From assembly GCA_963796685.1 (NCBI GenBank), contig CAWCMR010000003.1:31759-95758 (forward strand): a stretch of DNA of 64,000 bases, given 5' to 3'. Made by a program: the position numbers and the translations under genes. Shown here piece by piece: positions 39,791-49,700 of the stretch; position 1 is the stretch's first letter, and the number at the start of each line of letters is the position of its first letter. The notes beneath the pieces are model-generated. The model had not been told where the DNA came from and did no database searches. It worked only from the letters and a program-made list of their open reading frames with translations. Source of the stretch: an uncultured delta proteobacterium. GTDB taxonomy: Bacteria; Myxococcota_A; Polyangia; Fen-1088.

Positions 39791-40210
39791 ATGAAGAAGC
39801 GCGTTTTGCTCGTCGACGATGACAAGGATCTCGTGGGGTCGCTCAAGGTCGTGCTCGAAGCCAACGGCTTCGAGGTCGTGACCGCCCACAACGGAGCCGA
39901 CGGGTTGGCGCAGGTAGCCGCGCAGCGTCCGGACGCCATCGTCCTCGACGTCATGATGGACACCGACACGGAGGGATTTGGTGTGGCTTACAAGCTTGAA
40001 AACGATCCCGCCACGCGCCGCATTCCCATCGTGCTTCTGACTGGCTTCATGGACCACATGAAAGAGAAGCGCGAGTCCTTCGACTTCATCACCGGGCGCG
40101 ATTGGCCGGCGGCGAAGCTGATGCAGAAACCCGTGGTTGCCGCCGAGCTCGTGGCCACCGTTCGCCAGCTTCTCGCCGAGGCAAAGGCCGTCGCCAGCGC
40201 AGTCGCCTAG
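39791..40210 (+). CDS. Single-domain response regulator receiver
   Basis: VLLVDDD, LDVMM and KP motifs; AGGAG RBS. Confidence 0.9.
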   Translation: MKKRVLLVDDDKDLVGSLKVVLEANGFEVVTAHNGADGLAQVAAQRPDAIVLDVMMDTDTEGFGVAYKLENDPATRRIPIVLLTGFMDHMKEKRESFDFITGRDWPAAKLMQKPVVAAELVATVRQLLAEAKAVASAVA

Positions 40211-40262
40211 TTTGTTCCCCCACTCATCACCAGCAGCATCGCAGCACCCCGAGGTAAGTCGT

Positions 40263-40736
40263 ATGTGTCACGTGGACCAGATCATCGCGGGCCATGAGGA
40301 GCTCGGCAAAGAGCACCTCATCCCGCTTCTGCAAGAGATTCAGGCCAAGGAAGGGTACCTGTCCCACGCCGCCATGAACAAGGTTGCGGACGCCGTCGGC
40401 GTTCCGCAGAGCCGCGTGTTCGGCGTCGCGACCTTCTACAACCAGTTCCGCTTCGCCCCCAAAGGCGCGCACGTCATCGAGGTGTGCCGGGGCACGGCCT
40501 GCCACGTCAAGCAGAGCCTGAAGCTGGCGCAGCACCTTTCGCGCAAGCTGAATCTCAAGCCGAACGGCAACTCGCCGGACAACCGGTTCACCGTCATCAC
40601 GGTGGCTTGCCTCGGGGCGTGCTCCATCGCGCCGGTGATGAAGCTGGATGGGGAATTCTACGGCCATCTCGACGTCGAGAAGCTCGACCGCCTGCTCGAC
40701 GAGGCCGCGCAAGGGGACAGCCATGCGAGCAAGTAA
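40263..40736 (+). CDS. hydC: NuoE-like [2Fe-2S] hydrogenase subunit (HydC)
   Basis: GVATFY.QF, CRGTAC and CLGAC motifs. Confidence 0.88.
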   Translation: MCHVDQIIAGHEELGKEHLIPLLQEIQAKEGYLSHAAMNKVADAVGVPQSRVFGVATFYNQFRFAPKGAHVIEVCRGTACHVKQSLKLAQHLSRKLNLKPNGNSPDNRFTVITVACLGACSIAPVMKLDGEFYGHLDVEKLDRLLDEAAQGDSHASK

Positions 40737-42735
40737 TCTGATTGCCGCGTGCTGCGAGCGCTGCACCCACCGGCCCGGCAACCCGTGCCGCGATTTGATC
40801 CGCTGCCTCGCCGAGGGGCCGATCTGCCACAGCGACGACGCCTGCGCGAAAACACGTCGGGAGCGCATGGAGGGTGCCAGGCGAGGCGGGCAGGGGACGC
40901 TCATCTTCGTGGGTGCCGGCACCTGCGGACGCGCCAACGGCTCCACCAAGGTCATCGCCAGAATCGCCACGTTCTTGCAAGAGCACGAGATCGCGGCCGA
41001 GCTGGTCGAAGTCGGCTGCGTCGGCTACTGCCAGCGCGAGCTGTTCGTCGATGTGCAAAAGCCGGGCGAGCCCAGGCTGGCCTACGCGGATATCAACCTC
41101 GGCAACATCGAGCAGTTGCTCGAAGCCGTGTTCTTGCGCAAGGAGATGCGCAACGGCTTTCTCTACGGGCGGCACGGCGATGGCGGTCCGGCATGGGCCG
41201 ACGTCCCGGAGATCAACAGCACCGATTTCTTCAAGAAACAGGTAAAGGTGGTGCTGCGCAACTCGGGCATCATCGACCCAAGCATTCTCGATGCAGCGCT
41301 GGCGGCCGGGGCTTTCAAAGCCGCGGCCAAGGCGGTTTGCACCATGACGCCGGAGGAAGTCTGCAACGAGGTGTTGGCCGCCGGCCTGCGCGGGCGCGGC
41401 GGTGCCGGTTTCCCGACCGGGCAGAAGTGGAACATCGCTCGCCAGACCCCGCGCGCGCAGAAGTACCTCATCTGCAACGCCGACGAGGGCGATCCCGGCG
41501 CGTTCATGGACCGCGCCGTGCTCGAAAGCGATCCCTTCTTCGTCATCGAGGGCATGCTCATCGCGGCCTACGCCATCGGCGCCAGCAAGGGTTACATCTA
41601 CTGCCGCGCCGAGTATCCCCTGGCCGTCGAGCGCTTGACCTCCGCCATCGCCCAATGCCGGCGCGTGGGATTGCTCGGCAACAATATCCTCGGCAGCCTG
41701 TTTTCGTTCGACATCACCATCAAGCAGGGCGCCGGCGCCTTCGTGTGCGGCGAGGAGACCGCCATCCTGGCCAGCATCGAAGGTGGCCGCGGCATGCCCC
41801 GGCCACGCCCGCCGTATCCCGCGGTCAGCGGCCTCTTCGGCAAGCCCACGGTGCTCAACAACGTCGAGACCCTGGCCAACGTGCCGGTCATCATCAATCG
41901 CGGCGCCGAGTATTTCCAGAATCTCGGACTCGGCAAGGCGGCGGGTACCAAGGTGTTCGCCCTGTCCGGCGCCATTCGCAACACCGGCCTGGTCGAGGTT
42001 CCGGTAGGCATCAAGCTGCGGACGATCATCCAGGAGATCGGCGGCGGCGCGCTGCCCGGCCATCGCTTCAAGGCGGTGCAGATCGGCGGACCCTCGGGCG
42101 GCTGCATTCCCGAGCAGCACCTCGACACCGTGACCGACTACGCGGCCCTCATCGAGCTCGGCGCCATGATGGGGTCGGGCGGTATGGTGGTGATGGACGA
42201 ACGTACCTGCATGGTCGATGTCGCCCGCTACTTCATGGAGTTCATCCGCAACGAATCGTGCGGCAAGTGTACCCCGTGTCGGGAAGGCACCACGCGCATG
42301 CTCGAGATTCTGACCTCCATCACCGAACGCCCGGTGGGAGACGAAGAGCGCCGCCTGGAGCGGTTCCGCGGCGTGCTTCACCTGCAAGAGCTGGCCAGCA
42401 CGGTCAAGGAAGCCTCGCTGTGCGGGCTCGGTCAATCGGCGGGCAACCCGGTGCTGTCCACCCTGCGCTTCTTCCGCGACGAGTACGAGCGTCACGTCAT
42501 CGATCAGCGCTGTCCCTCGGGCGAGTGCCAGGGCCTGGCGGTGTACGAGGTCGACAATGCCACCTGTCTCGGTTGCCTTCTGTGCAAGAAGGCCTGCTCC
42601 TCCGGCGCCATCGTGGGCGAGCGCAAGCAGGCGCACTACATCCTGGTCGACAAATGCGTCGGTTGCGGCTCGTGCGTGACCGCTTGTCCAAAACACTCCA
42701 TTCACCTTGTTAGCGAAGAGAGGGCCTGCGTATGA
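40723..42735 (+). CDS. hydB: NuoF-like flavin/NADH-binding hydrogenase subunit (HydB)
   Basis: GRGGAGFPTG, NADEGDPGAFMDR, GGPSGG and ESCGKCTPCREG motifs; C-terminal 2x[4Fe-4S]. Confidence 0.9.
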   Translation: MRASNLIAACCERCTHRPGNPCRDLIRCLAEGPICHSDDACAKTRRERMEGARRGGQGTLIFVGAGTCGRANGSTKVIARIATFLQEHEIAAELVEVGCVGYCQRELFVDVQKPGEPRLAYADINLGNIEQLLEAVFLRKEMRNGFLYGRHGDGGPAWADVPEINSTDFFKKQVKVVLRNSGIIDPSILDAALAAGAFKAAAKAVCTMTPEEVCNEVLAAGLRGRGGAGFPTGQKWNIARQTPRAQKYLICNADEGDPGAFMDRAVLESDPFFVIEGMLIAAYAIGASKGYIYCRAEYPLAVERLTSAIAQCRRVGLLGNNILGSLFSFDITIKQGAGAFVCGEETAILASIEGGRGMPRPRPPYPAVSGLFGKPTVLNNVETLANVPVIINRGAEYFQNLGLGKAAGTKVFALSGAIRNTGLVEVPVGIKLRTIIQEIGGGALPGHRFKAVQIGGPSGGCIPEQHLDTVTDYAALIELGAMMGSGGMVVMDERTCMVDVARYFMEFIRNESCGKCTPCREGTTRMLEILTSITERPVGDEERRLERFRGVLHLQELASTVKEASLCGLGQSAGNPVLSTLRFFRDEYERHVIDQRCPSGECQGLAVYEVDNATCLGCLLCKKACSSGAIVGERKQAHYILVDKCVGCGSCVTACPKHSIHLVSEERACV

Positions 42736-44453
42736 GCCTCGTCAACTCACTGTCCATAGACGGAAGAGAAGTTCAATTCAGCTCCGGCGAGACGGTGCTC
42801 TCGGCGGCCTTGCGCGCGGGCATCGAGATCCCGCACCTGTGCTCGATGGATTGGGCGTGCAAGCCCGAGGCGGCCTGTCGCGTTTGTCTGGTCGAGCTCG
42901 AAGGCGTGCCGCGCCTGCAGACGAGCTGCACCCTGGAGGCGAAAGACGGCCAGAAGGTGCGTACCCGCTCGCCACGCGTGCAAGCCGTTCGTCGCAACAT
43001 CGTCGAGCTGCTCATCGCCAACCACCCGGGTGACTGCCTGACCTGCGCGCGCAACCAGAACTGCGAGCTGGCCCACGTGGCCAGCGAGCTCGGCGTGCGC
43101 GAGCGGCGTTACCGCGGCCTCAAGAAGAACCACGCCCTCGATCTGTCCTCGCCGGCTCTCGTGCGCGACCCCAACAAGTGCATCCTGTGCGGGCGCTGCG
43201 TGGCCGTGTGCCACCAGGTGCAGGGCGTGGGCGCCATCGACTTCATCGACCGCGGCTTCAAGACGCACGTCGGGCCGGGCTTCCACGACGGTATCAACGT
43301 GTCCAATTGCATCTTCTGCGGGCAGTGCACGCGGGTGTGTCCGACCGCGGCCCTGATGGAGAAGAGCCAGGTCGACGCTGTCGTCGCGGCGCTGGCCGAT
43401 CCCAATGCCATCGTCGTCGCGCAGGTCGCGCCGGCGGTCCCGGCCACGCTGATGGAGAACGCGCAGGCCAGCTCGGTGCGCACCATGCTGCTGCGGCTGG
43501 CGGCGGCGCTCAAGCGCGTCGGCTTCGGCGCCGTGTTCGATACCGGCTTCGCCGCCGATCTGACCATCATGGAGGAAGTCTCCGAGCTGATCCGGCGGGT
43601 GCAGACGGGCGGCCCCCTGCCCATGTTCACGAGTTGCTCGCCGGGGTGGATCCAGTATGTCGAGAAGTACCGCCCCGACCTCATTCCGCACCTGTCCACC
43701 TGCAAGTCGCCGCAGCAGATGGCGGGGGCGCTGATCAAGGACGTGTATCCCAAGCATCGCGACCTCGGGGGCAAGCGCCTGGTGTGCGTGTCGCTCATGC
43801 CGTGCACGGCGAAGAAGGTCGAGGCCAGCGAGCTTGGCGACGTCGACTTCGTCCTGACCACGCGCGAGATCGACGAGCTGCTGGCCCGCTTCGGCATCGA
43901 CCTCGACAAGGTGACCGAGCTGGGCTCGCTCGATGCGCCATTCTCTTCGGCCAGCGGCGCGGGACGACTCTTCGGCGGCACCGGTGGCGTCATGGAGGCG
44001 GCCATTCGTACCGCGCACAAGATGCTCACGGGCAGCGAGCTCAAAGGCGGCTTCAAGGTCGAGGAGGCGCGCGGGCTCGAAGGCATCAAGTGCTTCTCGC
44101 TCGACGTGGGCGGAACCACGCTCAACTTCGGCATCGTCAACGGCCTCGGCCGGCTCAAGCCCATCCTCGATCCGCTGGCCAAGGGCGCGTCCAATCTGCA
44201 CTTCATCGAGGTCATGACCTGCCCCGGCGGTTGTATCGGCGGCGGCGGCCAACCCTACGACTCGGATCCCGAAGCCATTCGCGTGCGCCTCGAACGCCTC
44301 TACGACGCCGACCGGCGCTCGACGCTCAAGACCTCGCACGACAATGACGAGGTTCAAGGGCTGTATGCGGAGATGCTGGGCAAACCCCTTGGCGAGCTGA
44401 GCCACCACCTGCTTCATCGCAGCTACATCGATCGACGCGTGGAGGAGAGATAG
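42732..44453 (+). CDS. hydA: [FeFe]-hydrogenase catalytic subunit, group A3 architecture
   Basis: 2Fe-2S, His-ligated 4Fe-4S (H..DC..C....C) and 2x4Fe-4S domains; H-cluster motifs TSCSPGW, MPCTAKK.E and EVMTCPGGC.GGGGQP. Confidence 0.9.
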   Translation: MSLVNSLSIDGREVQFSSGETVLSAALRAGIEIPHLCSMDWACKPEAACRVCLVELEGVPRLQTSCTLEAKDGQKVRTRSPRVQAVRRNIVELLIANHPGDCLTCARNQNCELAHVASELGVRERRYRGLKKNHALDLSSPALVRDPNKCILCGRCVAVCHQVQGVGAIDFIDRGFKTHVGPGFHDGINVSNCIFCGQCTRVCPTAALMEKSQVDAVVAALADPNAIVVAQVAPAVPATLMENAQASSVRTMLLRLAAALKRVGFGAVFDTGFAADLTIMEEVSELIRRVQTGGPLPMFTSCSPGWIQYVEKYRPDLIPHLSTCKSPQQMAGALIKDVYPKHRDLGGKRLVCVSLMPCTAKKVEASELGDVDFVLTTREIDELLARFGIDLDKVTELGSLDAPFSSASGAGRLFGGTGGVMEAAIRTAHKMLTGSELKGGFKVEEARGLEGIKCFSLDVGGTTLNFGIVNGLGRLKPILDPLAKGASNLHFIEVMTCPGGCIGGGGQPYDSDPEAIRVRLERLYDADRRSTLKTSHDNDEVQGLYAEMLGKPLGELSHHLLHRSYIDRRVEER

Positions 44454-44464
44454 AGAATTCGGCC

Positions 44465-46489
44465 ATGGGCGTGATTCAGACCATCCTGCAGAACTGCCGC
44501 CGCTGTTACTCGTGCGTGCGCGAGTGCCCGGCCAAGGCGATCAAGATCGTCGGGGGCCAAGCCTCGGTGGTCAAAGAGCGCTGCATCGCGTGCGGCAACT
44601 GCACCGTGGTCTGTTCGCAAAACGCCAAGGCCTATGCCAGCGGCATCGAGCGGGTTTGCGAGCTTCTGGCCGGCGGCGGTCCGGTGGTGGCCATGGTGGC
44701 GCCGTCCTTTCCCGCGGACGACTGTGGCCAGGATCCGGGGCGTCTCGTCGGGGCGCTGCGCGCGCTCGGCTTTTCCCACGTGGTCGAGGTCGCCTACGGG
44801 GCGGATCTCACCAACAAGGCCTACCGCGCGTACATCAAGGAGCACCCCACGGGCACGCGCCTGGCCACGGCGTGCCCGGCGCTGGTCGAGTACGTGCGCA
44901 AATACGCGCCCCATCTGGTGGACTGCCTGATTCCCATCGTGTCGCCCATGATCGCGACGGCGATGGCGGTCAAGGCGCTCTATGGCCAGTCGCACGCCTG
45001 CGTCTTCCTTGGGCCGTGTGTCGCCAAGAAGCTCGAAATGCAAGATCCCGCGGTGCCGGCCGTGGTCGATGGCGTACTGACCTTCGACGAGCTCCGGCGC
45101 CTGTTCACCGAGCGAGGCGTACGCGTCGCCGAAGCGGTGCCGGCCGAGTTCGATCCGCCGCACGCCGGCTCCGGGCGGCTCTATCCTCTGGTCGGCGGGC
45201 TGCTCAAGGGTGCCGGTCTCGAGCGCAGCTCGCTCAACGCCGAGGTCATGGTGCTCTCGGGCGCGCCCGAGATCCTCGATGTCCTGGCCGACCTGCGCCC
45301 AGACGACCCGCAGCCGCTCTTTATCGAGCCGCTCATGTGCCGTGGTTGTTACAGCGGTCCCGCCACGCGCGGGGACAAGCGGCGCCCGCAGCGCAAGCGG
45401 CGCGTGGCCGACTACGTGAAGTCGCGCATGGACGAGGCCGCCGAGGCGTCGATGGAATTGCCGGCGCTCGATCTCGGGCGCACCTTCACCGTCGACGATC
45501 AACGTCTGAAAGAGCCGAGCGAGCAGGAAATCAGGGTCATTCTCGCCCGCACCAACAAGTTCGCCACCGAGGACGAGCTGAACTGCGGGGCGTGCGGCTA
45601 CGAATCCTGCCGGGCCAAGGCCGTGGCCGTGTACCGCGGGCTGGCCGAGGAGGCCATGTGCCTGCCCTTCATGATCGAGCAGGCCGAGCGCGTGTGCCAC
45701 GAGCTGAACGTCCCCTGGCCCAACCTCAAGGACATCCACCGCCACCTCATCAACACCGAGAAGCTGGCCTCCATGGGGCAGATGGCGGCCGGCGTTGCGC
45801 ACGAGCTGAACAACCCCCTCGGCACCATCCTGCTCTATACCAACCTGCTCGCGCGTAAGCTCAAGGATCGGCCCGAGCTCGATCACGACCTCAAGCTGCT
45901 GGTCGACGAGTCCAACCGCTGCAAGAAGATCATCGGCAACCTGCTCGACTTTGCCCGGCAGAACCGGGTGCAGCTCGAGCGCACGAACGTCGCGGAGCTG
46001 TTTCAGCGCGTGGTCGAGGACTCGCTCTTCACCTTGCGCGACACGGGGTCCGGTTTGCGCATCACGTGCGAGGCACCGCCGGATTTGCACGTCGATCTCG
46101 ACAAGGATCAGATTGGCCAGGTGCTCATCAACCTGGTCAAGAACGGAATCGAGGCCATGGAAGGCAAGGACGGTACCGTGCGCCTGGTGGCCGTGGACGA
46201 GCCGGCGACCGGCCGCGTGCGCATGGCGGTCAGCGACGAGGGCCGGGGCATCGCGCCCGAGGCGCGCGACAAGGTCTTTCAGCCTTTCTTCACCACCAAG
46301 AGCCTCGGTCGCGGTACCGGGCTCGGCCTGCCCATCGCTTACGGCATCGTCAAGATGCACGGCGGCCGGATCTGGTTCGATTCGGATCCCGTGTGCGGAA
46401 CCACGTTCACCCTGGAATTGCCCAAAACCCAGTCGCTGCGAAGGAGTCACCTGTATGGCGAAAAGCCCCAAGATCCTGTTTGTCGATGA
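44465..46489 (+). CDS. Sensory [FeFe]-hydrogenase-like domain fused to a histidine kinase (group C1-like)
   Basis: N-terminal 2x4Fe-4S; TACP, GPCVAKK.E and EPLMCRGC; FeS domain CGACGY.SC...MC; HELNNPL H-box; HATPase. Confidence 0.88.
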   Translation: MGVIQTILQNCRRCYSCVRECPAKAIKIVGGQASVVKERCIACGNCTVVCSQNAKAYASGIERVCELLAGGGPVVAMVAPSFPADDCGQDPGRLVGALRALGFSHVVEVAYGADLTNKAYRAYIKEHPTGTRLATACPALVEYVRKYAPHLVDCLIPIVSPMIATAMAVKALYGQSHACVFLGPCVAKKLEMQDPAVPAVVDGVLTFDELRRLFTERGVRVAEAVPAEFDPPHAGSGRLYPLVGGLLKGAGLERSSLNAEVMVLSGAPEILDVLADLRPDDPQPLFIEPLMCRGCYSGPATRGDKRRPQRKRRVADYVKSRMDEAAEASMELPALDLGRTFTVDDQRLKEPSEQEIRVILARTNKFATEDELNCGACGYESCRAKAVAVYRGLAEEAMCLPFMIEQAERVCHELNVPWPNLKDIHRHLINTEKLASMGQMAAGVAHELNNPLGTILLYTNLLARKLKDRPELDHDLKLLVDESNRCKKIIGNLLDFARQNRVQLERTNVAELFQRVVEDSLFTLRDTGSGLRITCEAPPDLHVDLDKDQIGQVLINLVKNGIEAMEGKDGTVRLVAVDEPATGRVRMAVSDEGRGIAPEARDKVFQPFFTTKSLGRGTGLGLPIAYGIVKMHGGRIWFDSDPVCGTTFTLELPKTQSLRRSHLYGEKPQDPVCR

Positions 46490-46877
46490 CGATCGAGATT
46501 TTCTTGCCGCGCAGGTCGCGTTTTTCGGCGGGCGTGGCTACGAGGTCGTCACCCTCGATCGCGTGGAAGGCGCCCTGGAACGCATCAGCCAGGAGCGCCC
46601 CGACGTCATCGTGCTCGATCTCATGATGGAGCACTACGATTCCGGCTTCATGCTCGGGCGGCGCATCCGGCAAGACCCCGCCATGCTCGAGGTTCCCATC
46701 CTCATGCTGTCGGGCGTGGCGGCGGCGACGGGACACAAGTTCGCCGCCGAGGCCGCGGCGCTCAAGGATTGGATCAAGCTCGACGCCTTTCTGGACAAGC
46801 CGGTCACCGGTCGCCAGCTGCTCAAGGTCGTCGAGGAGAAGCTGGGCGCGCGAAGCCCGGCCGTCGCAGCGGGGTAG
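46455..46877 (+). CDS. Single-domain response regulator receiver
   Basis: ILFVDDD, LDLMM and DKP motifs. Confidence 0.88.
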   Translation: MAKSPKILFVDDDRDFLAAQVAFFGGRGYEVVTLDRVEGALERISQERPDVIVLDLMMEHYDSGFMLGRRIRQDPAMLEVPILMLSGVAAATGHKFAAEAAALKDWIKLDAFLDKPVTGRQLLKVVEEKLGARSPAVAAG

Positions 46878-46880
46878 CCC

Positions 46881-48339
46881 GTGCCCAGCATCCTGGTCAT
46901 CGACGACGAGTACGGCGTGCGCTCGGGGATCCGCCAGATCCTCGAGCTGGAAGGCTATGCCGTCGAGGTCGCGGAGACCGGGCGCGAGGCCCTGGAGCTG
47001 CCTCGATCGGCAACCCTTCGACATCGCGCTCATCGACTACCAGCTGCCCGATCTCGACGGCTTGACCCTGCTCGCGACCATGCGCAGCCGCAAGCTCGCC
47101 ACCATGACCTGCATGATCACGGCCTACGCCAACATCGACACGGCCATCGCCGCCACCCGACAGGGCATCGACTTCTTCCTGCCCAAGCCGTTTTCGCCGG
47201 ACGATCTCCTCGGCGTCATCGAGACCCTGTCGCGCCACAAGCAGCTCAAGGAGGAAGCGGAGAAGCTGCGCAAGGAGAACGAGGCCAACCTGCTTGCCCT
47301 GGCCACCGAGAAGAGCCAGACCAGCTCGCTGGTGGCGTCCCTGCGCGACGCCGTCCTGGTCATCAATCGCGAGCGCGAGGTGGTGCTGGCCAACCACGCC
47401 ATGTCGGCCTTGCTCGGCCGTGAGCCCAACAACTTGTTGCGCGCGCCCGTCGACGATGTGCTGGGCGCGGAGCCCCTGTCCGGGCTGGCCGGCCTGCTTT
47501 CTGTCTCCGGCAGCGACGATCGCCAACTGGCCGAGGTGACCATCGGCGACCGCATCTTCTTCGCCAGCGTGGTCGCCTTTCATGGCGAGCAAGGCGCGGC
47601 TCTCGGTCGCATCCTGACCTTGGCCGACGTGACCGACGTGCGCCGCATGGCCATGGAAAAGCCGCGCTTCATCCGCACCATGGTGCACGAATTCCGCTCC
47701 CCGCTCGGCGCCATTCGCAGCCTCATCGAGGTCGCCACCGAGAAGAGCCTGGGGGCCGACCTCGCGCCGTACTTGCCCTTTCTCGAGCGCGCGGACAAGC
47801 GCATCGACAAGATGGTCGAGCTCATCGGCGAGCTGCTCTCGCTGTCGCGCATCGATCTGGAGCGGACCGCAAATGCCTCGGAGCCGCCCGCGGACGTCTC
47901 GACGGCCGTGGCAGCGACCCTGGATCTGTACCGGGAAAACCTCGCCGCGCGAAAGATCGTGGCCAGCGTGGAGGTGGCTCCCGACCTGCCGCGCGTGCGC
48001 ATCGGCGACGACGATCTGAGAACCGTCCTCTCCAACCTGGTGGGCAACGCCATCAAATACGGTCGAGACGATGGTTCTTTGCGCCTGCGCGCAGCCTTGC
48101 GCGAGGGCAAGGTCCACCTCGAGGTGGCCGATTCAGGGATCGGCATTCGCTCGGAGAACCTGCCTCAGCTCTTCCAGGAGTTCTTCCGCGAGAAGCGCTC
48201 CGAGACGCGTGACATCGACGGCAACGGACTTGGGCTGGCCATCGTCAAGCGTCTGGTCGAGCGCGTGGGCGGCCAGATCGAGGTCGAAAGCACCCTCGGC
48301 CTGGGCTCGCTCTTTCGCGTGGTCCTGTGCCCTGTCTGA
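46881..48339 (+). CDS. REC-PAS-HisKA-HATPase kinase with one frameshift near 47000
   Basis: ILVIDDE in one frame; FDIALID, HEFRSPL, NL..NAIKY and GNGLGL in the next frame. Confidence 0.82.
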
Positions 48340-48437
48340 GCCCTGGACACCTACGGCGCCGCCATCGTCGAGCGCATCACCGAGGGCCGGCGGGGCCTCT
48401 GCGGAACGAGCGCCATGACGGGCACTCGGACCTCTGA

Positions 48438-49700
48438 TTAGTAGACGGCCATTTGCCCACTCAAGATCAGCAATGCCAGCATGAGCATGATTCCGGAGTA
48501 ATAGCGAGGGCTTCCGGTCGGCGGAACCAGGTTCCACACCGCATTGATGAACGCCGTCCGCTGGTCGACAGTGGCGATGACCGCGAGGGCACCATTGGCA
48601 GCCACGAGAGAGGATTGGTGGGTCGAGTCGACCACGGTACTTCCGTCCAAGGTGTATCCCCCCGCGTAGGTATCGATGCCCTGTCCGGCAAAGAACTGCA
48701 ACAGTCGGTTGCTCTCATCCACTTCCCACGGCTGGTTGCCAGTCCAGATTTGATCGAGCACGATGCTGAAGAAGGCGCGGTAGCTCTCGGTGATGAAGGT
48801 GTCCGAGCCCGGGACCGGCGTTCCGTCAAACGTGGCCCGCGTCGGTAGCAGTCCGGTGGTCGCGTTCGCCGAAACCTTCCAGTAGGTTCGGCCGGCGGTT
48901 GCGGTGTCGGACCAGAAGGCATCACCCGTGGCTTGCCGCCACAACTCGTAGTAGGCGGGCATGGCGATGGCAGGTCGCGAGGTATTCGCGGAGTCGACGC
49001 TGGGCGTGTCGTAGACCAGCTTGCTGTTGGGATCGAAAGTGCCGGTGACGCCGTCGACGATTCCGCAGTTGTACTCCTGCTTGTAGCGAATGATATCCAG
49101 GAGGTCCTGCGCCTCCTGGCCGTAATCGATGGTTCCAGGCGCGTCCTTCCAGCGTCCACGCGCCAAAAGGAGGGCGGTGGCAATCTGCTGCAGACCATAG
49201 GGGTCGTCGCACGCGACCACGATAGTTCCGTTGTTGCAGAACGATGGAAAATAGCCCTGGCCGGGTCCGCTCGAATACTGGTTAGTCTTCGCGTAACGCC
49301 ACAGCCGGTCGAGCTCGTCCCGTTTGCCCAGCTCGACCGCAATCATCATGCCTAGCCCCATGCCCTCGCTGCGAACATCGTCGTGGAGGACGTCGAGGAT
49401 GTACGCCTGGTCGGTCCCGGTGGTGAAGTAGATGGCCTGGCTCGATGGATCGCCATGGAATAGTTGATCGAAGGCGGCGGCGATCTTGGCGCTGATGTCG
49501 GCGTCGCTTTTGCCAAGCACGTCGCGGAAGGCATTGGGATAGGAGGCAGGCGCGATGAGTGGTGCAAGGGCGGCACCTCCATGGAGGGTATAGCCATTTT
49601 CGCCGCAACCGATGGAATGAAGGGTGGGCTTGCACGAAGCAAGCAGCGCAAGCGCAAGTCCGACCTGGGGCAACCTGGGGACCACACCGCGGGTGGGCAT
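48438..49700 (-). CDS. Divergent GH8 family lipoprotein (oligoxylanase-like)
   Basis: Lipobox ASC, DVRSEGMG.GMMIAV, ANATTGL.P and RYY.G...LALL.LSG. Confidence 0.8.
   Translation of the reverse strand: MPTRGVVPRLPQVGLALALLASCKPTLHSIGCGENGYTLHGGAALAPLIAPASYPNAFRDVLGKSDADISAKIAAAFDQLFHGDPSSQAIYFTTGTDQAYILDVLHDDVRSEGMGLGMMIAVELGKRDELDRLWRYAKTNQYSSGPGQGYFPSFCNNGTIVVACDDPYGLQQIATALLLARGRWKDAPGTIDYGQEAQDLLDIIRYKQEYNCGIVDGVTGTFDPNSKLVYDTPSVDSANTSRPAIAMPAYYELWRQATGDAFWSDTATAGRTYWKVSANATTGLLPTRATFDGTPVPGSDTFITESYRAFFSIVLDQIWTGNQPWEVDESNRLLQFFAGQGIDTYAGGYTLDGSTVVDSTHQSSLVAANGALAVIATVDQRTAFINAVWNLVPPTGSPRYYSGIMLMLALLILSGQMAVY

Noticed and set aside
48343-48420. AIVERITEGR resembling the HydB segment ILERITDGKG
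   Set aside because: Weak, short similarity
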